DNA of 64,000 bases. It comes from Lama guanicoe (Eukaryota). Positions 37,100-49,169 of the stretch are shown here, in pieces (position 1 is the stretch's first letter; each line of letters begins with the position of its first letter). The stretch is from positions 490,504 through 554,503 of the forward strand of contig MU056050.1 in assembly GCA_013239625.1 (NCBI GenBank). The letters run 5' to 3'. The position numbers and the translations under genes were made by a program. Below the pieces are notes generated by a model. It was not told the DNA's origin and did not search any database. It was given only the letters and a program-made list of their open reading frames with translations.

Positions 37100-37350
37100 G
37101 GCTCAAGTGTGGATGGAGAAGCAGATAGACCTGGAATCAAACCCATCACTTTTGGTATGACCTTAAGTAGGTGTCTTTAACCTCTCTGGTCTGTCTCAGT
37201 TTCCACATTTGTATAATAGGGTCATACCTGTACCGGCCTAGGGATGATTGTGAGGATTAAAGATTAAATGGGATCATGTATATAAAGCATTTACTACAAT
37301 ACCTGGCACAGGGTAAGGTAAGCTCTCAAATGAGAGCTGCTGCTGTTAGT
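37100..37350 (+). mobile_element. MIR SINE
   Basis: tctcagtttccacatttgtataataggg...gattgtgaggattaa...atacctggcacaggg. Confidence 0.75.
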
Positions 37351-37961
37351 ACTCACTCAGCCTGACTCCTGACCCTGTTCTGAGGGCCTGAGGGGCACAG
37401 TGTTGTAGAGCTCCATCAGGGCTTCAGCCAATTCTGGCAGGAATTTTCCTGTCCAGGTGTTTCCTCTGAGGTTGATGGAAGCCCTAGGCTCAGCATCAGG
37501 GCAGGGGTGAGGTTGTACCGTCCAGTAGCTGCGTGCATGCCCTCTGGGCTAGAGGCTGCTGTGCTGAGGGAGCCTGGGAGGAAACCTTGGGCAAGGCAGA
37601 GACACTGCTAGGGCCAGAGGGGCTGAGGCATTCACATTCCTCTGGCTTTGACTCTTTCATATGGAGCACCAGATGCCTGGCCAGAGGATGACATGCCTCC
37701 TGCTCCGCCTCGTGTGTGCCATCTGCCATCTGCCTGGCATTTGAAATACACTTGGGGTTTTAATTAAGAATCCAAAGAAGACATTTATTTTCATCAGAAA
37801 TTGTTTTCTGTTATATATCCTTTCTTACTGACTGTAAAAAGACTAAAAGTAGCAGTACAGAATGTGGACAGGTGACACCCACCCTCCCCATTTCCACTTT
37901 CCAGGGATCACCCCAGTTAAGTTTGGTATGTCTTCTTCCAAATGTTCTACCTACCAGTATT

Positions 37962-38221
37962 CAGGGCATCTTGTTTTATGCAAGGAATGTATTCCTGAGG
38001 GCCCAATGTAATTAGAAATTTGCATAATTTGAGACCAGTCTTGACAAAGGAAGGCCAAAATTTCTGTTTATCAGCTAAAGTGGCGCCACCATGTGGCAAT
38101 AGTGTAAATATGACTTACTGTACACTTGGCCTTCAAGTTTTGAAATTATGTGATCCTTGACATTTTAATTTGGGGAGATATGTATTATTTCAAATGTTGT
38201 GCATAAACTGGGATGGAAATG
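37962..38221. mobile_element. Probable old Tigger-like MITE inside an L1ME-type fragment (about 37780-38470)
   Basis: Imperfect inverted termini catcttgttttatgca / tgcataaactgggatg. Confidence 0.45.
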
Positions 38222-38719
38222 TTTTTATATCAAAATATTTCAAATTCTTATAATTTATTTACAATGGGACTACACTGTGTTAACTTTTAAAATGGGGTCA
38301 GATGACAAAAGCTGTTCTAAAACTTGCTTTTTAAAATTCAGATAACAGTATGTTTTGGACATTCTCACATGTCAGAAAATATACTTTTACATCTTTCTTT
38401 TTAAGGGCTATGGATCATTCTAGTATAGCGGTGTATCCTAATGCATTTAACCAGTCCTCTATAGTGATGCACATCTCTCCCCAGGGATGAGGCCCCCTCC
38501 ACCTGCCTTTCTGTCATCAGATTTATCCTCAGTACCAGGGGCCTGGACAAATCTATGTAGATAGTTTAATACCAGAAACTTACTTGTAGCTAGAGCCAAT
38601 CAAACTTTTGCCTCTTGGGGACCGTCAAAGTAGTGGCAGCTCAGACCAAGCACCCCAGAAATCCCTTGCCTTTTTCTCTTCCAAGCACCTGGCCTTGTCA
38701 CTGAACTAGCCTGGCCTGG

Positions 38720-39148
38720 CGTCTCAGGGTGGATTCTCCCAAAGCAGATGTTGAAACAGTTCGAGGTGCAAGCTATTTATTAGGCATTTAATACCGTGAA
38801 GTGAAAGGAGAGAAGCAGGATTGAGCAGGGGACGAAGTTGAACCGCGAAACAGGCCGGTCAAAGCATTGGCCAACCTGGTGGGGAGGTTCTGGAGCAAGG
38901 ACTGTTCCTCAGAGCTGTTCTGTGGGGGGCTGCGATGGCTTGGCCCTTTTACACCATTGCTTTGTTCAATCATTGGATGCAGGTTGTGCCTGGAAGGATG
39001 TGATCTCAGGTGAGGTAACTCTCTGCAGCTGAGGCTGACCGAAAAGGAGCTGACAGCTGGAGTCTGTCTGCTGCCTCACTCCTGGGAGCTGGGTGGTAAG
39101 TCCTTCTTTGAGGTGGGGTCTGGACAGCCCATCTCTGTGACCACCACA
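38720..39148 (-). mobile_element. LTR40-like ERVL LTR
   Basis: gaagcaggattgagcaggggacgaagttgaaccgc...ctctgcagctgaggctgacc...cagcccatctctgtgaccaccaca. Confidence 0.7.
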
Positions 39149-40018
39149 TCTGGCCTCCTGTCTCCTCCTATGCACAGAGCAGGCTCCTCCAGAGGCCTGG
39201 CAGCCTCAGGGATTTTATCTGTGAGGTCCAGTTAGGATTTTAGAGGTTTGCAAGCGGAAAAGGCTTGCTGCCACGTAATGTGAGGATGGCCAGGCAGAGT
39301 GGCAAGCAGTTCTCGACTGGGACACAGACACTAGAATAGGGACTCGGTTTGGCAGCAGGGTACCTACCTGTGTGCACGGTGAGGATGAGTGTCCATTTGT
39401 GCACGTGTGAGTGAGATGTGGATATTACCTTCTGCTGCCTGCCTGGGGCATGGAGTGGCACTCAAGGAATTCTACCTGGTTGATTTTCATAGGATTGCAG
39501 TTAGATTATTAGGATTAGTCTTTGTCACTAGCCCTCTCAGCTTTGCTTCCTCTGTAAATTGGATGAACACGCCCTCTGTCATTGCTCATGGCCTGCCATG
39601 TTTGCCTTTTGGCCCTGCTTTGAAGATAAGACATTAGGAAACCACACTCTCAGGTTCTGTCCACGGCACTACCAATCCTCTCTCAAAGTGAATTTGAGCA
39701 GTACCTAGCCAGACTCCGGATCTGCCAGATCTCTGGAGATGCATTTGAACAAGTTCCCAAGATGACTGTGATGCAAAGCCCTAAGAACTGACCATTGGGT
39801 AGCTCTTGATGCTTTAAGTTTTCCCTCAGCTCTTCTTTCGTGAGCTGTATTTCCCCAGATTGTTTGCTCCAGGAGGAGTATTATATGTTCTAATATTCTG
39901 TGCTGGTGGACATGTAGTAGGGGCTTAGTTTGCTATGAGTTACTGTCTGTGTGTCTGTCCGTGTGTGTGTGCTATCCTGTAAGTGCTGGTGGAAATCTCT
40001 AAGACCAGAGATGAGGGA

Positions 40019-40040
40019 GTGTGTGTGTGTGTGTGTGTGT
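40019..40040. repeat. (GT)n microsatellite
   Basis: Directly visible. Confidence 0.95.
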
Positions 40041-40271
40041 GAGAAGAGAGAGGAGAATTAACTATAGCAATGCTAACTTTTGCTGCCTTTTGGTGTGTGT
40101 AAAATCTCATATCCTCTTCTCCATGATGTTTGAAATTTCAAAAGGAATTAAACATGATGACTAAAAGCAAATCAAAGCAATTACAAGAATACGCCTTTGC
40201 AAATTATACATTTGGAGGTTTCTCATCCCTCCAAAATGCCAGAACTATAATAAAGTATCACTAATTCAAAT

Positions 40272-41259
40272 TGTTACTGAACTCAGGTCCTTCTGTTTGC
40301 CACTTGAAAATCATATCCGAGAGAGGCAAATGTTCATAGAAAGGAAAGTTGCTTTTAATCAGAATGCTGGTAATCTGAGGAGATGGTGGACTCAATGTCC
40401 ACCAAAAACCATCTCCAAAGATTCTGCTTGACCATGAAAGTTTTTAAAGGGATATAGGGAAGTAATCTTGTTAATCGTTGAGATGGGAGTCAGAGTCATC
40501 ACCATTCCCCACTGCATGCAGATTTGTCGACTTCTTGGGATCTTTCCTTAGACATTATCTTGTTCACACATTTTGTTCACCAGATTACTGAAGGGAAAGC
40601 TAGGGAAGAGATCTGGTCATCTGTTAATTACTTATTCTTCATTCCTGCTTCTTTGACCTATGGAAAGAATCAACAGGTTAGGCAAGGTATTGTGTGATCA
40701 AAAGATTTGAAAGGTGTGCTAGGGCTGGAGATGAGTAGAGCATGAGGGTGCCTGCTTTAAGGTTAGTGACAAGCCAAAAAGGGTCCCCTGCAGAGAGCCC
40801 TTTCCTGCAAAGAGCTCTTTCCTCCCAAAAGCTGCTTATAAATCCCTACTTTGTCAGAACGTCATTCCATTTCTGTGGGATTATGGATGAAGGTCTGTCT
40901 TCTATATGGCTGACATAGTGGCCATATTCTTAGAGTGGAAGATGTCAGCATGGGTTTGTACCATCTCTTTGCTGACAGTTTTAGTTGCCCACTTACATAC
41001 ACAGGCAGAACAAGCTACAATTATTTTGATCCCCACAAAAATATAGATTATTATGAGCAATAGTGTTAATCCCATTCTCTTGAGGCCAGATCTTGGAATT
41101 GTGCTAGCCATGGACTTAGTACTGCTCAAGATGGAGCATCTTATGTCATGGCCACAGTCTGGAGGCCTGGGAGACTTCAGCTTTTCTACAAATAAGAGGT
41201 AGGGGACATGGAAGGGTCTTTGTATTTGGCGGGGCCCCACAGGATTCTACTTGGTTCCA
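40272..41259 (-). mobile_element. ERV1-class solo LTR, about 990 bp
   Basis: tgttactgaactcaggtcc...ccccacaggattctacttggttcca; flanks aaat/aaac. Confidence 0.75.
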
Positions 41260-41479
41260 AAACTGGGGAAATTTGGGAGAAGTGGTAAATCTGAATCGAT
41301 CAATACAGAAATTTAGTTTTATATCTTATGGTAGCTCAGACTGCCAATAATACTCTATCTAGAGCACCTCCTGAATTTTTTTATAACAAATAGGTTGAGT
41401 TATTTTTTATTGATAACTACCTCTAAAAAATGGATTTGCCAAGTTTCTAAAATACAGCTTATTTTCTTAGACAGGGTAA

Positions 41480-41875
41480 ACATATCCCAACACTTATTAG
41501 CTGTATGGCCTTGGGAAAGTTGCTTTATTTCTCTGAGACACTGTTTTTCATCTGTAAAATGGGAAAGATAATAATACCTAACCTATAGGCTGATTATATA
41601 ATGAAATTCAATAATGCTTAAAAAACAGGTAACATAATACCTGTTACATAATCATTGGCCAATAGATGTTAAATGCTATTATTATTGTTTATAATGATGG
41701 TGATGATGATGATGTCTGTGTCTTTACTGACAACTCAATCTATGTAACCTGGAGCAAGTCACCTTACCTTTCTGAGCTCCAGTTTCCTTGTCTGTAAAGC
41801 AGGGACAAGAAAATCTGTTTCATAGGATGATTATGAGGATAAAATGAGTTGTGTGTTGAGAGTGCTTTTTAAATT
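41480..41875 (+). mobile_element. Two tandem MIR fragments
   Basis: agctgtatggccttgggaaagttgc...catctgtaaaatggg; gtaacctggagcaagtcaccttacc...ctgtaaagcaggg. Confidence 0.75.
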
Positions 41876-43599
41876 GGAGCTCATGAAGCACCATATCTAA
41901 CTTCCTTTTGTGATACACTTACTGTTTATTTGCTTAGTAAATTCTTCCAAAATAGCAACAATATGTACTCCATTGCAGTTTAGGTCAAATCGATATAGAT
42001 TTTGAATGAATAAAAGGTTTAGATGGAAGAAGAGAGATAATTTTCAGAATGCTCAGGAGGGACGTTATAGTGGGGTCCATATTCTGTAGGCTATAAGGAG
42101 GGTCTGTTCTTAAGCTCATAAAGATAACTTATCTCAGTTGTTGAGCAAATACTCTAAGAGACAGGAAGGAGATAAGCTGTAACCTTAAAATTTGATAAGG
42201 TCACTCCCTGGGAGAGAGAATGCATTTCCTCATCAGGAGGAAACTAGCCTCTTGCCTTACATCGACTTGGGCTGGCTGGCCAGTGGGCTTTGGCCAAAAA
42301 GCCATTCAACATGAAGATAACCTCCATGGTGACACTCAGACAGCCCCTAGAAGCCTGTGAATGAATACAAATCTTGACAGTTTTCTTTTAGCATTTTGGG
42401 GTTCAGAGAGTTTCCTTGGGGAAATGAATGAATGTTTTGAAAGGGTAAGTTAATGGTTGGTAGTAATATTCATCCAAAGATAAAATGTGAAGCAGTTCTT
42501 GCTTCAGAAGATCTATAGATCAGCCAAGGACATGTGCAGTCCAGTTGGTTCAATTTCATTATTTATTCATTTAATAAGCATTTCTGGCAAAGCCTCTTTA
42601 GACAAAATGCTCACAGAATAGAATTTTCTGGCTAACTGCAGGCTGACCATGTATACCTGTAACTGAAAATGTAACCGTTTATGCTGATTTTCAAATTAGA
42701 ATCTTAAAAGCTTAAAGGAAGAGGACAGGATGTTTGTATGTTAAACAAATAATCTTTTTAAGCTACAGAATAGTATAGCTAATATTCTTCTCCATTTTCA
42801 GAGAAACCTTAAGTTTTTGAAAACCCATAGCAAATAGGAAAAAAGTAACACTTGCATGAATTCTTCAGCTTGCAATTCCTAAACATATATGTCTGAAACA
42901 CTTTAATATTTTTCAGGTGTTTTACTTTATTCATTTTTAAAAGTGGGTTGTAATTTACAAAAGAAAACACCACAATTTGTATTGTAGGTATGCTTTGTCG
43001 ATATTTTGTACTTTGGAAGGTTTGTACTTTGGAAGGAAAGCAGGAAGGTTGGGGGTTGCATCTTGATGGTTCTCTTTGAGTGTTTCGGGTCTGTATTCCT
43101 TTAAGAGCAAAATCTGTCAAGGGAACTCTGGCTTTTTCAGTTGGCTTGTTGTTGCTTGGCTTCTCACATTTTGGTTAGAATAAAAATGAGATTCAAGAAT
43201 GTGCCATACCTGGAGGCTTTGACACAGTATGAAATTCCAAGCTTTATGGCTCATTATGGCTATAATCAGCATACGTAATTACAGCTTTCATAGTGATTTG
43301 CTTGTGCTTTTTTGCTTTTGTCTGAAACCTTCAGTTAGGCAGCTTTTAGCATGAGGAACTTCACTTCTTCCTGGCTTCTCTGTAGAGTCAGTTGTCTATT
43401 CTGGCTACTTCTGCTCTAAAAACAGATGCTCCTTCAGGGAACTTCTTGTTACTATAGATTTTGCTCGTTAAGTGTCTACTTAGTGAGAAGCATGGTACAC
43501 AGCCATACACAGAGGGAGAAAGCACAACAACTAGCACCACCTGGCTTGGCCCTTCATCCGTCCTTTGTCCTTCCGGCCTGGTGAGCCGACTTCGGCTGA

Positions 43600-44035
43600 C
43601 TGATGTCAGTGTCTCCTCTTCCTCCTTAGCACACCACCAGACTGCCCTTCCCTACTCCTCTGCTCTAGGTGGGGCTCCATCACAGTTCTCACCAATGGCA
43701 TGTGATGTGAAATGTCGAGTGCCATTTCTAGGCCTGCCCATTGAAATGTCCCCGACAACCTTCCATTCACTCTCTTTGCAAAATCTGTTTGATGAATAGG
43801 ATCTAGTGGAGGATTCAGAGGCCCTAAAAGATGGCAGAGCCATGTAGTTGAGAGAGCCTGGATATCCAAGTGACTGCCTGGAGCAGAGTCCTCCTGCCAC
43901 TCTACCGTAATCCACATCAGAACCCACAATCCATATCACTCATGTTTATTTCTCACTATTGAAATAAACCATGAAACCATTTTATGTTAAGCCACAGAGA
44001 TTTCTTTTAAAGTCAACCTACCTTTACTAATAAAC
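43600..44035 (+). mobile_element. Old MLT1 MaLR LTR
   Basis: gaggccctaaaagatggcagagcca...gtgactgcctggagcagag...gaaataaac...gttaagccacagagattt. Confidence 0.65.
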
Positions 44036-44049
44036 TTCAGACCCGCTTC

Positions 44050-45640
44050 TCCTTGTTGGACTAGGGATGAGTACCTGACCCTTCAGGGACAGCAATATCC
44101 TCACTGACTCGTGACCCCTTGGCCTTGCACGTAACTGGAGCAATCAGATTCCCTCCTTTATGAAGAGCCTCAACTGGAAGAAAATATAGTAGATGTGAGT
44201 CTCAGTCTTGTCACTGAACCAAACTTGGGTCCTCTCACCCACCCACAGTAAAGCTAATCTATCAATATGGGGTTGTGGTGAAGGGAAGTGTAGCATTTAT
44301 TGCAGGGATCCAAGCAAGAAGCCCAAGACATCTAGTGCTCAGAACACACCGATTTCCCCAGTGAGTTTCAGGAAAGCATTTTTAAAGGCCAGATGAGGGA
44401 GAGGTGTCCCAGGATATGTGATCAGCTCGTGCACAATTCTCTGATTGGTTGATGGTGAGGTCACAGGGCGGTATCACAGAGGTTAACATTATCAATCCTC
44501 AGGCTCCAGTAGATCCATGGCTACGTGCTTATAGTCATCAAGTAGTTAACTTGTATTTGGTGGAGGTTTTCCCATCTGCAAAACAACTCAGGAAATGTGC
44601 ATCAGGTACTGTTATCTGGGTACTTCAGAGAGGCATTAAAGCAGAGGACATAGGGGAGGGGGCTATCCCTGGGGGTCCTACTTGGTTACAAGTCCATATT
44701 ACTTACTGGTGCTGGCAATGTAACATTTTTTCCTCTGTTTTCAGCTTCCATTCAGCCAGTTGGCAGAAACTTAATTTCAGTCTTTAGTCTTTTTTAAAGC
44801 AATCTCAGCCAATTCAGGGTTTCCTTAGTGAATTCAGAATACCAATCCTCTCCACCCAGCTGCAGATGACATCTATGTTTGAGTTGTTTCTTCTTCCTGC
44901 TGTGGTATTCATTCACTGTTGAGGCATTCTTGTCCTGATCACTAAGTCTCTCCAAGTTCAGCTCTCTCTCAGCTACTTTCTTTGATACATGGGAAACTCC
45001 TGGCTGCACCTCACACCACTCCGGGGAGTCTCAGGAGGCTGTCTCAAGCTTGTTTGTGTAGACTCATCACACATCCATCTCTATTGCCCTTTTTACATGT
45101 TGGTGAGAAATAACACTGCAGGGCTTGCCACTTCTCTGGGCTCTACCCAGCAAGTTAGGCACAGGTCCTGTTTACTTTTGAGCCTTCATATCTATTTGTT
45201 AGGTTCTATGGTTGCCCCCAAGAAATTGGTTCAGGCTGGTAGGGCACAGGGATTCCCATTAGCATATAATTCTTTTGCTTCTCATCTGATTGATTCATCC
45301 TCTCTGTGGCCCAAGCAGTCCTCTAGTATGGGTGGGAGGAATGAGAAAAGCATAACAGGAAATACTGGGATGGGAACCACTATGGCTAGTATGTCAGTAT
45401 CATCCTGCTTCCACAAAGAAAGAATCTGCCATCTGGTCACATGACAGAAAGAATCAGATTTAAAGAGTAGAACTGAATTGGGTGAATGGCAGAACAGTAA
45501 GTAGCATGTAGGTCCAGAGCCATGTAGGACCCAAAACCACACTGGCTCCAGCATCAGTGAGGCCTGACCCTCATGCTCAGTCTTGGATTCCTGTTATTAT
45601 TTTGAGAACTTTCTAGAGAAGCTTTCAGTAAAATGTATTC
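44050..45640. mobile_element. Probable degraded MaLR internal sequence
   Basis: Lies next to an MLT1 LTR and resembles my recall of MLT1-int; weak support. Confidence 0.4.
44209..44690 (-). mobile_element. ERV1 solo LTR (MER34/MER39/MER49 group)
   Basis: tgtcactgaaccaaacttgggtcc...gcatttattgcaggg...cagctcgtgcacaattctctgattggttgatggtgagg...cttggttaca; flanks agtct/agtcc. Confidence 0.82.
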
Positions 45641-45713
45641 ACCTGGTTCCCTAAGCTGGAAATCTTGGAGTCGTCCTAGGATTACCTCAAGTTTCCCCAG
45701 ACCACTATCTTGG

Positions 45714-46391
45714 TATATAAATGTGGTCATATTAACAGTAATAACTCACATTTCTTAACGGAGGACCCCAAGGAATTGATGGGTGGCATTAGTTTATTAG
45801 ATATACATAGGTCTATCTAGATCCTGCTATTGGGCTGCACCCCGCAGGCCTGTAAGCCCTGTCCTTGCCCAGCCTCAAGACTGAAGAAAGAGCCTGGAGT
45901 CAATGACAACGGCATCAATGGTTTAACATAAGGGAGATATTTTGCGCAAAAGGGTCCTGGACTGACACCCCACTGTGGATGGCAGACAGCAGGTAGGGCA
46001 CGGCAGGTAGGACAAGCCAGCAACAGTCTTTGCTGGGAGGAGGGGGAATAGGGAGACAACCAGTTATAACGGGAATTGGTGTCAGAATGGCCCATCAGTT
46101 ACCAGGGAAACCAGCAGAGGGGCACAGCCCTCTTCACCCCTTGGGCTAAGTACCTTCAGGCGGAGGAGTTCTTCCCTTTGTTAAACTATCAAAGGGGAGC
46201 CATTCTGATCTAAAGATTAGAACAATCACTAGCTGGGGCCCAGGGGCAAGTATGTAGGTATTTACTAATTAGGCTCTATGATTATAGGGAAGGTCAGTCA
46301 TGTGAGTAGGGTGTAGGTGAAGCAGGGACAGGTCGAGCAGGGAATGTCCAGGGAGCAGGCACACAGTCATCTTGGGTGGCCTGATCATACA
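45714..46391 (-). mobile_element. Solo LTR (sense start TGTATGATCAGGCCACCCAAGATG)
   Basis: Right end ...ctgatcataca; reverse polyA signal tttatt near 45793; flanks cttgg/cctgg. Confidence 0.65.
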
Positions 46392-47748
46392 CCTGGTCTA
46401 GGATCAACCTAGACAACACCTCCCACCCACAGACACATATGACTCCTTTCCTCCATCTTTGACAGTTAGTTAATCACCAAGTCTTTTTAGTTCTACTGCC
46501 TTAATATCTTTTGAATCTGTCCCTTTGACTCAGTCTCCATCCTAGGTACTCTGCCCTCATTTCTCACCTGCTTTACTAGAACATTTCTCAACTGGTTTCC
46601 CTGACTCTGGTCTGATATCGGTTCAAACATCCATCCTCCACACTGCAGCCAAAGTGATCCTTTAGAAATGTAAGCACATCTGATTATGCATCTCTGTCTT
46701 TCAATAGATCTTTATTGCCCTCTATATAAATTTCAAACTTCTCACCTTAGCATACAGCATCCTGCATGACCTGACTTCAGTATTATCTACCAGCACTTCC
46801 TGATGTACCCTCCTCCTGCTTGTCTTATGGAACTATTTGTAGTTTCCCAATTGATGCAGTTTTACACCTTGAGGCTTTTGTACATGCTGCTGCTTCAGAG
46901 GGCTTTCCCTGCCTAGGCCATACCTCAGATAATTAAACCATAATCTCTGGGTGGGTTGGGGAGGCATTAAAAGCCTCTCTAGGAGATAATGTTGCCAGAG
47001 GTTAGGTTCTTGTCTCAGAAAGAATTGTCTTGTCGCAGAAAGAATTTAGAGATGAGACATGGAGGTTGAGAAGGTAAAGTAAGGATTTATTAAGGGATAG
47101 ATATTATGCTCTCAAGGGGAGAACAGGCAGGCTCAGGTGAGCAGCTGCCCTGAGTTTCTTTGGAAGTTGTTATATAGGGTGTAAAAATGAATGGGTGAAA
47201 TATTCATTGAAGAGGGAAGGGTTTAGTGTTGAATTCCCTGATTTCCATTCCAGCTCCACCTTACTGAGGAGAGGAGGATTTTTGTCCTTATTTAGTCTGG
47301 ATTGGAAGGGTCATGTTGTGGGTGCATGATGGGTACTTCTAATCCGCAAGGCTAATTTTATGGTAATGAGGGCATAATGAGCAAGAGATTACATTCAGAC
47401 ACTGGAGATTCCTGCCTTTTCCCACTTTTCTTTTTTTTCTTCTTGTGTTTTTTTTTAACATTTTTTATTGAGTAATAGTCATTTTACAATGTTGTGTCAA
47501 ATTCCAGTGTAGAGCACAATTTTTAGTTATACATGAACATACGTATATTCATTGTCACATTTTTTTTTCGCTGTGAGCTACCAGAAGACCTTGTATATAT
47601 TTCCCTGTGCTATACAGTATAATCTTGTTTATCTGTTCTACATTTTAAAATCCCAGTCTGTCCCTTCCCACCCCCTTCCCCCTTGGCAACCACAAGTTTG
47701 TATTCTATGTCTATGAGTCTGTTTCTGTTTTGTATTTATATTTTTTCT

Positions 47749-48119
47749 TTAGATTCCACATACAAGTGATCTCACATGGAATTCCTCCCTCTCCTTCTGG
47801 CTTACTTCACTTAGAATGACATTCTCCAGGAACACCCATGTTGCTGCAAATGGCATTATGTTGTCAGTTTTTGTGGCTGAATAGTATTCCATTGTATAAA
47901 TATACCACTTCTTCTTCATCCAGTCATCTGTTGGTGGACATCTAGGCTGTTTCCATATCTTGGCTATTGTAAATAGTGCTGCTATGAACATTGGGGTGCA
48001 GGTGTCTTTTTGAAGTAGGGTTCCTTCTGGATATATGCCCAGGAGCAGGATTCCTGGGTCATATGTTAAGTCTATTCCTAGTCTTTTGAGGAATCTCCAT
48101 ACTGTTTTCCACAGTGGCT
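47749..48119 (-). pseudogene. L1 ORF2p C-terminal remnant
   Basis: [19 protein letters not shown]...[11 protein letters not shown]...ENVILSEVSQ. Confidence 0.9.
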
Positions 48120-48260
48120 TTCCTTGCTTCCCTCTCCCACTCTTAATGATTTAGATGTCTTCTTTTACAATTTTGTGTTTATTCTATTTGTAATTCATGG
48201 TAGTTATCTCCTTTCCACTTATGAGTTTCTCATTTTCGTAGCATCCTGCTTCTTTTCTAT

Positions 48261-49162
48261 TTAGAGTAGACCTGTGAATATTTCTTTTAGCATGGGTTTA
48301 GTGTTGCTAAACTCTTAGTTTTTGCTTGTCTGTGAAGTTCTTTATCTCTCCTTCTATTCTAAAGGATAGCCTTGCTGGATAGAGTATCCTAGGCTGCATC
48401 TTTTTTTCATGCAGGACTTTGAATATATCTTGCCACTCCCTACTGACCTGTAGTGTTTGTGTAAAGAAATCAGCTGAGAGCCTTATGGGGGTTCCCTTGT
48501 AACTCACTCTTTGTTTTTCTCTTGCTGCCTTTAGGATCATTTCTTTATCCTTGACTCTAGCCATCTTGATTATGATATGTCTTGGTGTGAGTCTGTTTGG
48601 GTTCTTCCTGTTTGGGACCCTCTGAGCCTCCTGTACTTGGATATCTGATTCCTTCTTTAGGTTTGGGAAGTTTTCAGTCATGATTTCTTCAAATACCTTT
48701 TCAATCCCCTTTGTTCTTTCTTCCCCTTCTGGAACTCCTATTATGCATAGATTGGCACGCTTTATATTATCCCATAGGTCCCTTATATTGTTTTCATTGT
48801 TTTTTTATTTGTTTTGCTCTCAGCTGTTCTGATTGGGTGCTTTCTGTTGCCCTGTCTTATAGGTCACTTATTTGTTCCTCTGCATTATCTAGCCTGCTTT
48901 GTACAGCCTTTAGGTCAGCTCTCATCTCAGCAAATGAGTTTACTAATTCTACTTGGTTCTTCTTTATAGCTTCTATTTCATTTTTGACATATTTTATATC
49001 TCTAAACACTATTTCTTTTAGCTCCTTCAGTACTTTGATCAGTCCTTTTTTGAAATCTTGATCTAGTAGGCCATCAATCTCTATTTTGTTGATCATGCTT
49101 TCTGGGGATTTCTCTTGATCTTTTAATTGGGAGTGGTTCCTCTGCTTCTTCATATTGCTCAT
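48261..49162 (-). pseudogene. L1 ORF1p, disrupted
   Basis: MSNMKKQRNHSQLKDQEKSP...; MTENFPNLKKE...RHIIIKM...GTPIRLSADF...ILYPARLSF; one internal stop (48857-48859) and two apparent frameshifts. Confidence 0.92.
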
Positions 49163-49169
49163 ATCTCTC

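Noticed and set aside
43004..43036. Short tandem duplications (tttgtactttggaagg twice; also near 47.0, 50.8, 59.2 and 63.5 kb) as a CRISPR-like array
   Set aside because: Only two adjacent copies each with no spacers; ordinary slippage duplications in a eukaryotic genome
40272..44690. The LTRs at 40.3 and 44.2 kb as a provirus
   Set aside because: Different lengths and sequences, separate flanks, and MIRs plus unique DNA between them
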